A stretch of DNA of 64,000 nucleotides from Felis catus (Eukaryota): the NCBI RefSeq assembly GCF_018350175.1, contig NC_058384.1, positions 31,682,001 through 31,746,000 on the forward strand, in the 5' to 3' direction. A program made the translations under genes and the position numbers. A model generated the notes under the pieces. That model ran no database searches and was not told the origin of the DNA. It saw nothing but the letters and a program-made list of their open reading frames with translations. Positions 23,914 to 35,210 of this stretch are shown in pieces. Positions within the stretch are counted from its first letter, which is position 1. Each line of letters opens with the position of its first letter.

Positions 23914-24113
23914 TTTTTTTAAAGTTTACTTATTTTGAGAGACAGAGTGAGTGGGGGAGGGGCAGAGAGAGAGAAAGAGAGAGAGTCCCAAGCAGACTCT
24001 GTGTTGTCAGTGCGAGGCTCCATGCAAGGCTTGAACCCACAAGACCATGAGACCATGACCTGAGTCAAAACCAAGAGTCAGGTGCTCAACCGAGTGAGCC
24101 ACCCAGGTGCCCC
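23914..24113 (-). mobile_element. Can-SINE
   Basis: TSD taaaataaactttt. Confidence 0.95.
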
Positions 24114-24315
24114 TAAAATAAACTTTTAATTTGGAGTAATTTTAGATGTACACAAAGTATGAAACAATACAGTGCATGGTATATCTTAATGCCTAAAAGT
24201 TTGATCCATCAAGAATCTGTTAAAATGAGGTAGAAAGCAAACTTTCTTTTCTTTGTATATTTTATAAATTTATTAAATGACATTTTTAAAGGTGTTTAAC
24301 AGGTAATAAAATACA

Positions 24316-24542
24316 TTTTATTTTTTTATTTAAAAAATATATATTTTTAACATTTATTCATTTTTTGAGAGATAGCACAAGCAGGGGAGGGGCAGACAGA
24401 GGGGGAGACACAGAATCCAAAGCAGGCTCCAGGCTCTGAGCTGTCAGCACAGAGCCCGATGTGGGGCTCGAACTCATGAAATGCGAGATCATGACCTGAG
24501 CCGAAGTCGGACGCTTAACTGACTGAGCCACCCAGGCGCCCC
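24316..24542 (-). mobile_element. Can-SINE (SINEC_Fc type, CpG-retaining)
   Basis: TSD aatacatttta. Confidence 0.96.
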
Positions 24543-24701
24543 AATACATTTTAAAACATGATTTCAAATCAATTCCATCTCAAAATATGTGGTAATAGAA
24601 GGGGTACCATAAAACCAAGATTTATAATCATCAGAAGGATGACTCCAGAAAGTCTCAAAATCTGGTAGAGGCAGTGGAGTCTGAATTAGAAATAATTACC
24701 A

Positions 24702-25331
24702 TGATGGTTAATTTTATGTGTCAGCTTGGCTAGGCTACGGTGCCCAGTCGTTTGGTCAAAACTAATCTAGATGTTACTGTGAGGAACTTTTGTAGCTGAG
24801 ATTAACATTTACAAATCAGTTGACTTTAAGTAAAGCAGATTACTCTACGTAATGTGGGAAGTCCTCATCCAGCCACCTTTTAAGAGCAAAGAATAAGGTT
24901 TCCTCAAGAAGCACTTCTCCTCGGGGCGCCTGGGTGGCTCAGTCGGTTAAGCGTCCGACTTCAGCTCAGGTCACGATCTCGCGGTCCATGAGTTCGAGCC
25001 CCGCGTCGGGCTCTGGGCTCAGAGCCTAGAGCCTGCTTCTGATTCTGTGTCTCCTTCTCTCTCTGCCCCTCCCCCGTTCATGCTCTGTCTCTCTCTTTTT
25101 CTGTCTCAAAAATAAATAAACGTTAAAAAAAAAAAAAAAGAAGCACTTCTCCTTAAGACTGCAACATAGAAACTCCAGCCTGAGTTTCCACAGTGTTGGT
25201 CTGCTCTGCAAATAATCAGATTCACCAGTTCCCACAGTCACATAAGCTAATTTCTTAAAATAAGTCTCTATATGTATATGTAGGTATGTATCTCCCATTG
25301 GTTCTGTTTCTTTGGAGAACCCTGACTGAAA
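24702..25331 (+). mobile_element. MLT2-type ERVL solo LTR split by a SINE
   Basis: Start tgatggttaattttatgtgtcagcttgg; end ttggttctgtttctttggagaaccctgact. Confidence 0.9.
24923..25137 (+). mobile_element. Young Can-SINE (SINEC_Fc)
   Basis: Near-consensus with CpGs intact; perfect 16 bp TSD aagaagcacttctcct at 24906-24921 and 25138-25153. Confidence 0.98.
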
Positions 25332-25459
25332 CGGCCAGTCTAAAAGTTCTCCAAAGTGAATGTCCTTCTGCATCCTGAATGGAATCAAAGAGTGAAATAA
25401 GCCCGCCAAATAAATGATACAGTAGAAGGCAGGGGCAGAAACAAAACGGCATTCCATAC

Positions 25460-25534
25460 CTTTACAGTACAGCCATAGTGCTTAAAAGGACAGTCTTGTT
25501 CAGCTTCAGGACACACAGCGAGGTGTTCATCCAC
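25460..25534 (-). CDS. TRAF5: TRAF5 exon 7 (75 nt): VDEHLAVCPEAEQDCPFKHYGCTVK
   Basis: TTCGTAG|GTG acceptor, AAG|GTATGG donor. Confidence 0.97.
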
Positions 25535-25864
25535 CTACGAAACAGACAGCCTCACGCCACAGAAATTCATCACCAATTAATTCTCCAACTGCCTGATAGA
25601 ACTGCAGCGTGCAGGGGACCAAGGGTGGCTTGGGAAAAAGGGAGGGAACAGAACGGGAAAAGCCATGCTGAGGCCTGGCAGAAGGAGAGCTGTGGTAAAA
25701 ACCGAGAAGAATTCTCAGGGAAAAGGGAAGGGAACACAGAGATACGGCTGTCGTGGGGTTATTTAAACCTTGGGCTTCTGCCTGTGGGATTTTATCAAAC
25801 ACATACCACATTGGTTACTAAAACTTTACCTTACGTAAAATCTAAGAGAATCATTTACAGTTAC

Positions 25865-25942
25865 CTCAGATCTTGGAATCATCTGCAAACACTTGTTAGG
25901 ACAAGATACTGGGTACTCAGGACACAAGTTTTCCTCATGATT
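25865..25942 (-). CDS. TRAF5: TRAF5 exon 6 (78 nt): NHEENLCPEYPVSCPNKCLQMIPRSE
   Basis: TTTCAG|AAT acceptor, GAG|GTAAC donor; manual translation. Confidence 0.97.
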
Positions 25943-26764
25943 CTGAAACAGAGAAAGTGTGATGAAACAGAGCCAAACTGCGCCTCCCAGGGTTCCCTAC
26001 TATGGCCTCACAGGGTTTATGCATAGGTCTCTGGGGATCTGTGTTATGTGGCTTGCCCTCTACAGGAAGGTACAGCCTAGTTCCAAAAAGGACTAAATAA
26101 AGATGGCCGCTTTCTTCATGTAAATTAATTCAATTTTCCAATTATTCCAAAAGGTCAGAGGGCGCAGGACTCACTGAGGGCAAACTTTGTGAGTCATCAG
26201 TATGGCTCCTCTGGTACATGTGAAAAGTACAGCACACTCTCTTTTTCTGCCTACGTCCTGCCACTCCAGATGGACTGAAGCACCCTGAGGACACAATATC
26301 ATCACCTCCTCATGACCCAGCACCTAGCACTGCTCCTTGCACAATCACACTTAGTAGGTGTTCAAACAGTGCTTTCACCAATGATAAATGAGTAGTGTCC
26401 TACCAGCAAGGTTTTTGGCTTTTTACAGAACTCTAAGATAATTCTTTGGACCTATTTCTGTACAAAAATAAATTCACTGTGACCACTCAGGTAGAATTTA
26501 GTNNNNNNNNNNNNNNNNNNNNNNNNNNNNNNNNNNNNNNNNNNNNNNNNNNNNNNNNNNNNNNNNNNNNNNNNNNNNNNNNNNNNNNNNNNNNNNNNNN
26601 NNNNNNNNNNNNNNNNNNNNNNNNNNNNNNNNNNNNNNNNNNNNNNNNNNNNNNNNNNNNNNNNNNNNNNNNNNNNNNNNNNNNNNNNNNNNNNNNNNNN
26701 NNNNNNNNNNNNNNNNNNNNNNNNNNNNNNNNNNNNNNNNNNNNNNNNNNNNNNNNNNNNNNNN

Positions 26765-26929
26765 NNNNNNNNNNNNNACTACCACATCTTTTTTGCAATA
26801 AAGGCATTTTTCCTCTCGAAACTGGCAATATGCGCTCAAATGTTCTTTCAGATCTTTCCGAAGGACTGGCTTCTGACAGTTCTCATTAGAACACTGCACG
26901 GCTTGAAACGGGCATTGCTGGAGGTGGTC
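26765..26929 (-). CDS. TRAF5: TRAF5 exon 5 (expected 165 nt): DHLQQCPFQAVQCSNENCQKPVLRKDLKEHLSAYCQFREEKCLYCKKDVV...; last ~13 nt and donor hidden in N run
   Basis: TTGCAG|GAC acceptor; ORF track 26498..26935. The start coordinate 26765 is inferred from human exon length. Confidence 0.92.
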
Positions 26930-27620
26930 CTGCAACAGATAACACAGGCCAGTGGGCCCCGCTGACCAGGGCGGCGGGAGGGGAGCCAGCTGGAAGCCTA
27001 GAGAGGGAGGGAGGACACTGGGGGCAGCTGGGCAGACAGGGCTGCAGAGGAGAGGGCACGGATGGGGCTGCCCAGACGGAGGCTGTGATGGCTAGCCTTG
27101 TTTGGTAGGAGTTAGGAGGACAGGGAAGATGGCTGAAGAAGGAAGCAAGCTGAGTCTATTTCAGATTATCTAGTAACATGCCCGAATTTGCAGGGTAGTT
27201 CCTAAACACTTTCCTTAGGCTTGCTGAGTAATTTACCAGTCCTGTAAGGGCATTTTTAATTTCTTCTTGTGCACCCTCCATCCCCACTGCCAGCACCAAG
27301 TACTAATCTCTGCATGGCAGATGGTAAAAGCTGGGACGGAGGGAAAGAGCAAATAAGAGTGGGGCATATCCTAAGTACATGAAGGAAGGAAAAGGATTAA
27401 AGGAACAAAGGGGAGGGAGAGAGAGCTGTTCCAGAGTGGTCAAAAAAAGCAGATGGGGAAAAAAAACCAAAACCAGAATCACAGGCCCAAGAAAAGCTGG
27501 GAGCGGTCAAGCTTGTTAGTCAGGAAATGTTCTTAATCAGAATACGAGACAACGAGAACATGGACAGTGTTCGTTCCAGTATTCTTTATGGTATCAATTT
27601 TGAAAAGGAGGTGGTATATC

Positions 27621-27827
27621 TTTTTTTTTTCTTTTTGAATGTTTATTTATTTTTGAGAGTGAGAAAGGAAAAGGGAGCTAGGAGGGGAGGGGCAGACAGA
27701 CAGCGAAACAGAGGATCTGAAGCGGGATCTGAGCTGACCCCGACATGGGGCTCAAACTCAGGAACTGTAAGATCATGACCTGAGCCATAGTTGGACACTT
27801 AACACACTTAGCCATCCAGGCGCCCCC
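27621..27827 (-). mobile_element. Can-SINE
   Basis: Antisense head and tail. Confidence 0.92.
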
Positions 27828-27934
27828 AGCAGGAGATATATCTTAATAAACGCTTTGGATCACTGCAAGTTATTGTGATGCTAACAAGTTATCAAAACCC
27901 TATTGATGTTATTCCCAGCAAGACCCCTTACAAT

Positions 27935-28154
27935 ACTGTTGGCAAGCTCCGGCCTGTGGGCCAAATCTGGCCTGTTACTTGCTTTTGTAAATAAAGTTTT
28001 TCTGGAGAACAGCCATACTTATTTGTTCACATACAGCCAGAGGCTGCTTTCCATCTGAAATGGAAGAGGTGAGTGGCTGATACACAGATTGTATGGCCTG
28101 CAAAGCCTAAAAAATCTACCGACTGGCTTTTGACAGAAACACTTTGCTGACCCC
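27935..28154. mobile_element. MER58A-like hAT-Charlie MITE
   Basis: ggcctgtgggccaaatctggcc...gtaaataaagtttt...tttgctgacccc. Confidence 0.88.
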
Positions 28155-29460
28155 CTTCCTAAAGGAGAAAAACCAACCAGTTTTTCTACAGGAGGTAAAT
28201 AAATATTACAGCTACTCTCCTTTACCTTTAGTAATAAGAAACAAACAGTGACCGTTGAAATCCGTATCTTCTCCAAAATTCACTGCTGCTACCCCTCCGC
28301 TCTCACCAAAATAGTGAACATCCATCGGGATTCTCCTGCCTGAGAACCTTCACCTCACCTTTGGAAGCCAGGGTGGTGGTGGGGGGAGGCAGGAATGAGG
28401 GGAAATACAAAAGAAACAGGTGAAAAGACACCAGCCACTCTTCTCTAGAAAGTGTGGATCTGGTCACAAAAGCTGATGGATGGATGGTCCATTTGAGCCT
28501 CATTTCCTTTTCAGCCTTAGTGACAACAAAGCTGGAAAAGAGGCCTTGCTCCAGGGCCTATCAACCCAGGAGAAGTTCAGTGAACCTCCAAAGAAATCCT
28601 GGGGTTAACAAGGAAATCATTTACTCATTTATAAGCTCAGTGCCCGGGGGGTTCGGAGGCAAGGTGGAGAAAAGGCTGAATCACCTGAAATGTGTTCCAA
28701 AAGATGTGGGTGGGAGAGCAAAATTTCAGCAGCCCCCAAGCAATTCTCTGGAAGCTAGAGATGCCTGCTTCTTATTCCTGCACAGTGTGATCAAACCTGA
28801 TACGGGCCTGCCGTGGCACAGCCACATTTCCAGCTTCCCATTTATGGAGCTTCCCCAGCTGGCTGGAAGAACCAGGTAGGGCAGTTCCATGTGAGAGAAA
28901 CTCCCCTTCACTACCCCTACACCTCGTGTGTCTGCAGCTCACACCAACGCTTCCCCTTTAAATCACATCCTAGTTCTGCTCTGCTCTATGTTATATGCCT
29001 TGGATCATAAACCAACGGGCTGGGACCCACAGCTGCTGGAAACACCCACCAGCATCTGCCAATGCTTTGGGGCAGGGACCCTTGCAAACGTGTCTTTGTG
29101 CACACTGCCCTGGCTCCCACCCTGGGGACCCCAAATCTTTTACAGTTCCCCAGAACTGGCATGTCCTTTTGCTCAGCATGTCCCACAGCTTCTCTTTTGG
29201 GTCAATGACCCCTAACCCACAGTGTAGGTCCAGCACATATAGTATGCCCTCCGTGCATTCCATATGAGATGGACCTCTTCACCCACACTTAGCTCTTGGA
29301 GTGCTGCACTGCAGCCAACTGTATTGCTAGACAGGAATTCTCTGAGGGCAACCCAATGAGCCCCCTATCATGCTTTGCCCAGTAACTGTCATATAAAGGT
29401 GTTCAATACATGCCACTGGAAAGATAGCCAAAGCAAATATTGCTCAAGAGTAACACCCAC

Positions 29461-29562
29461 CTGGTATCGCCCCAGAATAATCTTGGCGTTACATGAAGGA
29501 GCATTTTTGCAATACACATATAAGTTCAGGACTTCTCTTTTGCAGCAATTGTCTTTAAACAC
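29461..29562 (-). CDS. TRAF5: TRAF5 exon 4 (102 nt): VFKDNCCKREVLNLYVYCKNAPSCNAKIILGRYQ
   Basis: TTTTAG|GTG acceptor, CAG|GTGGGT donor; manual translation. Confidence 0.97.
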
Positions 29563-29666
29563 CTAAAAGAGAAACACAACAGGTCTCATACACTCCAAAG
29601 CTTCAGAGCAATGTGAATGAAACTATTATTAATTTGGTCTTCAGATACATCTCAAAAGTCAGGTGG

Positions 29667-29884
29667 AGGGGTGCCTGGGGGGGCTCAGTCAGTTAAGCAT
29701 CCAACTTTGGCTCAGGTTATGATCTCACTGTTCATGGGTTCAAGCCCCATGTTGGGTTCTGTGCTAACAGCTGGGAGCCTGGAGCCTGCTTCAGATTCTG
29801 TGTCTCCCTCTCCTCTCTGCCCCTCCCCAGCTCACACTCTGTCTCTCTCTCTCAAAAATAAATAAACATTAAAAAAAAAAAAAA
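29667..29884 (+). mobile_element. Can-SINE
   Basis: TSD aaaagtcaggtg. Confidence 0.95.
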
Positions 29885-30186
29885 GTCAGGTGAAACTTCC
29901 AGACAGTGGTTGGAATGGAAAGATCAGATTCGTCATCATAAAAGAAAAGGCTTTCTCAGATACGTATTTCCAACAGGCCACTGAACATACAGGCCAGGAA
30001 ATTCAATGCTCAGCACAGTAGGCTGCAAGAGAATCTCATGGTGCACTTGACCTCATATGCTCAAAGGTCAGAAGGTGGGCTGTGGATGAGGGTGACGCTT
30101 TCAGCTTCCTGTCACAGTATAAAAGTTTGTATTAGTCATCAGGTACTGTCACTGAAGCTGTGAGGACTTGCTATTTCAGCACACAC

Positions 30187-30612
30187 CAGGGGTTGGCAAA
30201 CTTTCTCCATAAAGGATCAGATAGTCAGTATTTTCAGCTTTGCAGGCCACAATGCAATGTTTTCTTTTGCAACTATTCAACTCTGCTGCATACNNNNNNN
30301 NNNNNNNNNNNNNNNNNNNNNNNNNNNNNNNNNNNNNNNNNNNNNNNNNNNNNNNNNNNNNNNNNNNNNNNNNNNNNNNNNNNNNNNNNNNNNNNNNNNN
30401 NNNNNNNNNNNNNNNNNNNNNNNNNNNGGGTTTCTGGGTGGCTCAGTCGGTTAAGCATCCGACGTTGGCTCAGGTCATGATCTCACGGTTTGTGAGTTCG
30501 AGCCCCATGTCGGGCTCTGTGCTGACAGGTCTGAGCCTGGAGCCTGCTTCAGATTCTGTGTCTCCCTCTCTCTGTTCCTCCCCCACTCAAACTCTCACTC
30601 TCTCTGTCTCTG

Positions 30613-30646
<34 letters not shown>

Positions 30647-30874
30647 AAAAATAGATAAACATTAAAAAAATTTTTTAATGAAATATTTTTTTGTTTTGAA
30701 ATAGTTTACACACTCATGAGATGTGCAAAAGTAGCACAGAGTTCCTGTGTACACTTGTTTGGATTTTTTTCAATGATTTATATGAAAACCATTCTCAGCT
30801 CATGGGCCAGACAAAAACAGGTGGAAGGCTGGATTTGCCTCAACATATCTCATGTTGTAGTATGTCAACCCCTG
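30187..30874. mobile_element. MER58B-like hAT-Charlie element interrupted by an N run and a SINE
   Basis: Terminal inverted repeats caggggttggcaaact / agtatgtcaacccctg. Confidence 0.8.
30428..30678 (+). mobile_element. Can-SINE with (TCTCTG)n expansion
   Basis: Head, CT tract, tail. Confidence 0.95.
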
Positions 30875-31056
30875 GTCTAGTGCGTGAGGCAAACACAAGC
30901 ACAGCACTGTCCTCTACTAGGCATTTGGAAAACACAACATAAGAGCATAGACAAGGAGCATGTACATTAGACATGCTCAGGGAGCTTCCTGGAGGAGGTG
31001 ATGCTTGAACGTCCTGTAACAGAATTGTAGAGGAAGAAAACTGAGCTTAAAAGAAG

Positions 31057-31103
31057 TTTTTTTTTTAATTTTTTAATGTTTATTTATTTTTGAGAGGGAG
31101 AGG

Positions 31104-31146
<43 letters not shown>

Positions 31147-31306
31147 CACGTGCACAAGTGGGGGAGGGGCAGAGAGAGAGGGAGACAGAATCTGAAGCAG
31201 CTCCAGGCTCTGAGCTATCAGCACAGAGCCCGATGTGGGGCTCGAACTCACAGACTGCGAGATCATGACCTGAGCCAAAGTCAGATGCTCAACTGACTGA
31301 GCCACC
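31057..31306 (-). mobile_element. Can-SINE, slightly 5'-truncated, with (GA)n
   Basis: TSD cttaaaag(g)aagtttt. Confidence 0.95.
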
Positions 31307-31339
31307 TTAAAAGGAAGTTTTAAGGGAGAAAATCTTCAT

Positions 31340-32020
31340 GATCAGGGGTTAGGTAATGGTTTCTTAGATGCAACTAAAAGAACAAGTGACCAAAAGAAAC
31401 AAAAGACAAGTAAGACCTCATNNNNNNNNNNNNNNNNNNNNNNNNNNNNNNNNNNNNNNNNNNNNNNNNNNNNNNNNNNNNNNNNNNNNNNNNNNNNNNN
31501 NNNNNNNNNNNNNNNNNNNNNNNNNNNNNNNNNNNNNNNNNNNNNNNNNNNNNNNNNNNNNNNNNNNNCCAATAATCCACTAAAAAATGGGCAAAGAAAT
31601 TGAGAAGGCATTTCTCCCAGAAGATACACAAATAGACAAAAAATGAAAAGATGCTTAATATCATTAATCATTAGAGAAATGCAAAGCAAAGGTACCCACT
31701 AGAAAGACTTAATCAAAATGATGGCCATTAACAACTTTCAGCAAGGATCTAGAGACATTAGAACTCTCACAGTCTGCTGGTAGGAAGGTAAAATGGTGCA
31801 GTTGCTTTGAAAAATCGTCTGAAGAAGCTCCTCAGAATGTTACACATAAAGTTACCATTATGGCCCTAAACAAAATTACCATACAACCCAGCAATTCCAC
31901 TCCCAAGTATACACCCAAGAAACATGTACACTTTACTTTATGTTATTATTTTCCAAGAAACATATATACTTTAAAGGTAAATTTTATGGCATATGAATTA
32001 TACTTCAATAAAGCTATTGT
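31340..32020 (+). mobile_element. Old L1 (L1MB/MC-like) 3' fragment
   Basis: aaaaaatgggcaaag, aatcattagagaaatgcaaa, gaattatacttcaataaagct terminus. Confidence 0.85.
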
Positions 32021-32385
32021 TAGACATAATAATAAAAGGAAGTTTTAGAAATTAACTAGAGGAGAAAATGAATTCCAAGAAACAGGATGTTTAATTTCTC
32101 CAAGCAACTTAATGTACCTGGAGCTGGTGTCGGAAGGGGGTAAGGAGGGGGCAGAGTAGAAATTTGGTTGGGGGCAGGGGGAGAGGCATCAATAAAGACC
32201 CAAACAAGCCTCTGAAACAGTGGTAGGAGTAGGGTTTGGCCTGACCCCACACCAGAGGAAAGTGGACTCTAAGAAAGGCCCCCCTCTCCCGCTCTACTGC
32301 TGCAACCTCTATATCCAGTTCAACCCAGGACACTGGTTTTTCCATCACTCAGAGAGCTGCTAAACCCAAGCGGTGATTTTCTTAC

Positions 32386-32443
32386 CTCCTGAGATTTGAT
32401 AACCTCCTTATCTACAGGGCAGAGTGGGACTGCATTTAATTCT
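32386..32443 (-). CDS. TRAF5: TRAF5 exon 3 (58 nt): ELNAVPLCPVDKEVIKSQE, end of RING
   Basis: TCTCCAG|A acceptor, GAG|GTAAG donor; phase 2 in, phase 0 out. Confidence 0.97.
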
Positions 32444-33245
32444 CTGGAGAGAAAAATAAAAATAGAGCTGGAATTAAGAGTTGACCTCAAATGCTCTTCC
32501 AAGAGCAGCCCCAGCACTCCAGCCATGCTTGACCCCTTTCAGCTCCCCTGAACAGACCTGGCCCTATCTTCCCTCCTGCTGCTCCCTCCCCCAAGAAGGG
32601 TTGTGTCTCTCCCCCACCTCCCACTGCAGTTTCAGCACCTTCCCAGTCTGCCAAAAAACTCCCATTCATTCTCCAAGATGCAGGTCAAATAGTCAGTCCC
32701 CCAGACAGAGTTAAATGTCCCCTGCCAGTGCTCCACGGCAGTCTTTTGCTTATCACACTGTGCCACAACCTGTCTCTTCACTAGACTGGAGCGTTCTGGA
32801 GGGCAGAGAGTGGGTCCTGTTCCACACTGACCTCCAGCTCTTCCTCTCTGTACAGTGAAGCTTAGTTTAGCAAGGTGCCTGGAACACACAGGTGCTGAAT
32901 AGACAAACCCATGAATAAACGAGAATGTGCTGTAATAACCCTCTTTCCAAGCTTGGTAGGAAACAACCTACTTAGTGCCCTAAAAAAAACCCCAAAGCCT
33001 GCTTCCATAGCTTCCCTGGTCTTCTCCCTCAAAATGGTATGACCCAGGTTTTCCCACTGCCCTAAGTGGACAGCATCCATTGCAGAGAGGTCCATTCTGG
33101 ATGCGACACCACCTCTGCCTTAAGGCAAGGAAAAGTCGGAGCAACAACTACACAGACCCCTGTGAGATGCAGGTCCTTCCCAACACAGACTGTGCATCAA
33201 GGTTTGCCTCGCATGTGGTCTGAATGTCAAGAAAAGGTGACTATC

Positions 33246-33813
33246 GTGAGCCCTGAGTAATGTAGGGGATTGTTGAATCATTACATTGTACACCTGAAAC
33301 TAACAGAACATTGTACGTTAAGTATGCTTGATTTTTTTTTATCTTTTGACTTATCGTTCATTTTTTATTATTTGTTCACACCATCAGACTTATTATTCTT
33401 GCTGATTTAAGCAGAACATAAAACAAATATGGATCCCGAGGCTTACTTTCAGAGCTACCAGCATAGATAAATTACTACGGCGATCCAATCTGGAAATCCC
33501 TAGTTACCAGTAAATCACTGCATGAAAGAGTAAATGAGGCCCTCTTTCCTCACGGGTAGGATTATAATGTTTCTTAGATTTTCTTGAAAAAGACTTCACA
33601 TTTTCTCAAATATACAGGAGAAATATAGTTCCTCTCTAAGCCCTACAGTACCATTTATGTGCTCTCGTCTTAAATATAGAAAAATTACAAATTTTGAAAT
33701 TGATTTTATAAATGTCCACATTCTAGATAGAACTCTCCAACCTGTACAATATTAGATATTAAACATGGATTCAAAAGAAGTTACTAGGAATTGAATTTTT
33801 TTTTAAAGGGAAA
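33246..33813 (+). mobile_element. Short old L1 3' terminus (L1_Carn/L1MA9-like, 33246-33331 plus tail 33791-33813) enclosing an orphan insert
   Basis: gagtaatgtagg...ttgttgaatcattacattgtacacctgaaactaac; 14 bp TSD aaaaggtgactatc at 33232-33245 and 33814-33827. Confidence 0.8.
33332..33790 (-). pseudogene. Candidate retrocopied mRNA 3' UTR fragment (source gene unidentified)
   Basis: On minus: AU-rich unique sequence, AATAAA (33364-33369), 23 nt, A9. Flanked by ttga(a)ttttttttt duplication; TTTT/AA site at 33804/33805. Confidence 0.5.
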
Positions 33814-34031
33814 AAAAGGTGACTATCAATAAATGAGAGGCCAAAAAAAAAGGTTATTCCTCAGGCTCTCAGAGAGAGCCCCTGGGAGAGCCCCTCCTCG
33901 CGTTCGCGGTTCTGCGGCCAACCACAGCAATTCCAAAAACCACAATGACAGCCGAGTGGCCACGTTCGACACTTCCATCCCAGGAACAGCCACGCCTGGT
34001 CTGGCCAGAGCTGCAGGCCCTGCCCACTCAC

Positions 34032-34249
34032 CTCAGGGACAGGATGCAGTGCTGACAGAAGCGGTGCCCGCACCCCGTCTGGTGCGGGTTGTGAAGCACT
34101 GAGTGGCAGAAGGCACATTTGTAACGTTCTTCCAGCTGTTCCACAAACCGGTACTCCGTGTTGGGCTCAAAGTCCAGGGAAATGGAGTTGCCGGAATTCT
34201 GGCGGATGAAACCACAGGGGACCCCTCCTTGCTCCTCAGAATAAGCCAT
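34032..34249 (-). CDS. TRAF5: TRAF5 exon 2 (first coding exon, 218 nt): MAYSEEQGGVPCGF...CAFCHSVLHNPHQTGCGHRFCQHCILSLR, most of the RING finger
   Basis: Acceptor CCCCCAG|A-ATG (exon starts 34250); donor AG|GTGAGT at 34031; ORF track 34028..34249. Confidence 0.98.
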
Positions 34250-34439
34250 TCTGGGGGAGGGGGGTTGAGAGAAGGAAAGTTAAGTGTGCAAATACCAAAA
34301 CAACTACAGCCATCAGGTGTTGTCGTGGTTGGTTTCCTAACTAGTGCACTGTCACCCACATGGTCATTCTGTTATGACTTTGTAGCAACAGTGACGATCT
34401 CCAGCCACTGGAGGGCTTCTGCACAGGGGAGATGTCTCC

Positions 34440-34456
34440 GGGGGGGGGGGGGGGGG
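34440..34456. repeat. G17 homopolymer
   Basis: Read directly. Confidence 0.9.
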
Positions 34457-34990
34457 TCAGGAGGGAGGCTGGACCAAAAGACTTGTAGCAAGATTTTATG
34501 AGACTTCAGCCCCTCGTCCATCAACCTTTTCCAGATGTTAAATTATCCTGTCAGTTTGGCCACATGCTCGGACCAAATAACTATGTTCTAAGCAAACCCT
34601 TATTATGGAATTTTCTTCCGTTCAGTTGAGAGAATTGAAACAAATACTTTGTCAACATTTTTCAGAAGCAGGAACCTTTTATACCAATACATTTCTTGCA
34701 ATATATGTAGCCACATCATTTCTCACCTGCACTAAATAAGCACATTAACTGCTCTCTCGTCCAATCCATTCTCCATACTATAGCCAGAATAGCATTTTCA
34801 AAATGCAAGTATGATTGAAGGTTCTCTCCTCTCATCATTCAGTGGCTTCCCAGGATCTTAGGGGAAAGTCCACAATGCTAAGAGAGCTACAAGACTGCAT
34901 GCTCCCCACCCAGCAGCATCCCAGACCTCTCCTCCCCTTGCTTTCTGCACTCCAGCCATATAGGCTTTCTTTTCATTTTTCTTAAATTTC

Positions 34991-35210
34991 TTTTTTTTTT
35001 TTTTTTTAACATTTATTTATTTTTGAGACAGAGAGAGACAGAGCATGAACAGGGGAGGGGCAGAGAGAAAGGGAGACACAGAATCTGAAACAGGCTCCAG
35101 GCTCTGAGCTGTCAGCACAGAGCCCGAGGCGGGGCTCGAACTCACAGACCGTGAGATCATGACCCGAGCCGAAGTCGGACGCTTAACCGACCAAGCCACC
35201 CAGGCGCCCC
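34991..35210 (-). mobile_element. Young Can-SINE (SINEC_Fc) inside an L2 fragment
   Basis: Near-consensus; TSD tcttt(t)tcatttttct. Confidence 0.97.

Noticed and set aside
26446-26889. Long ORFs spanning N runs (also near 23.2, 30.3, 31.4, 41.5, 41.9 and 47.1 kb)
   Set aside because: Open only because N codons are not stops.
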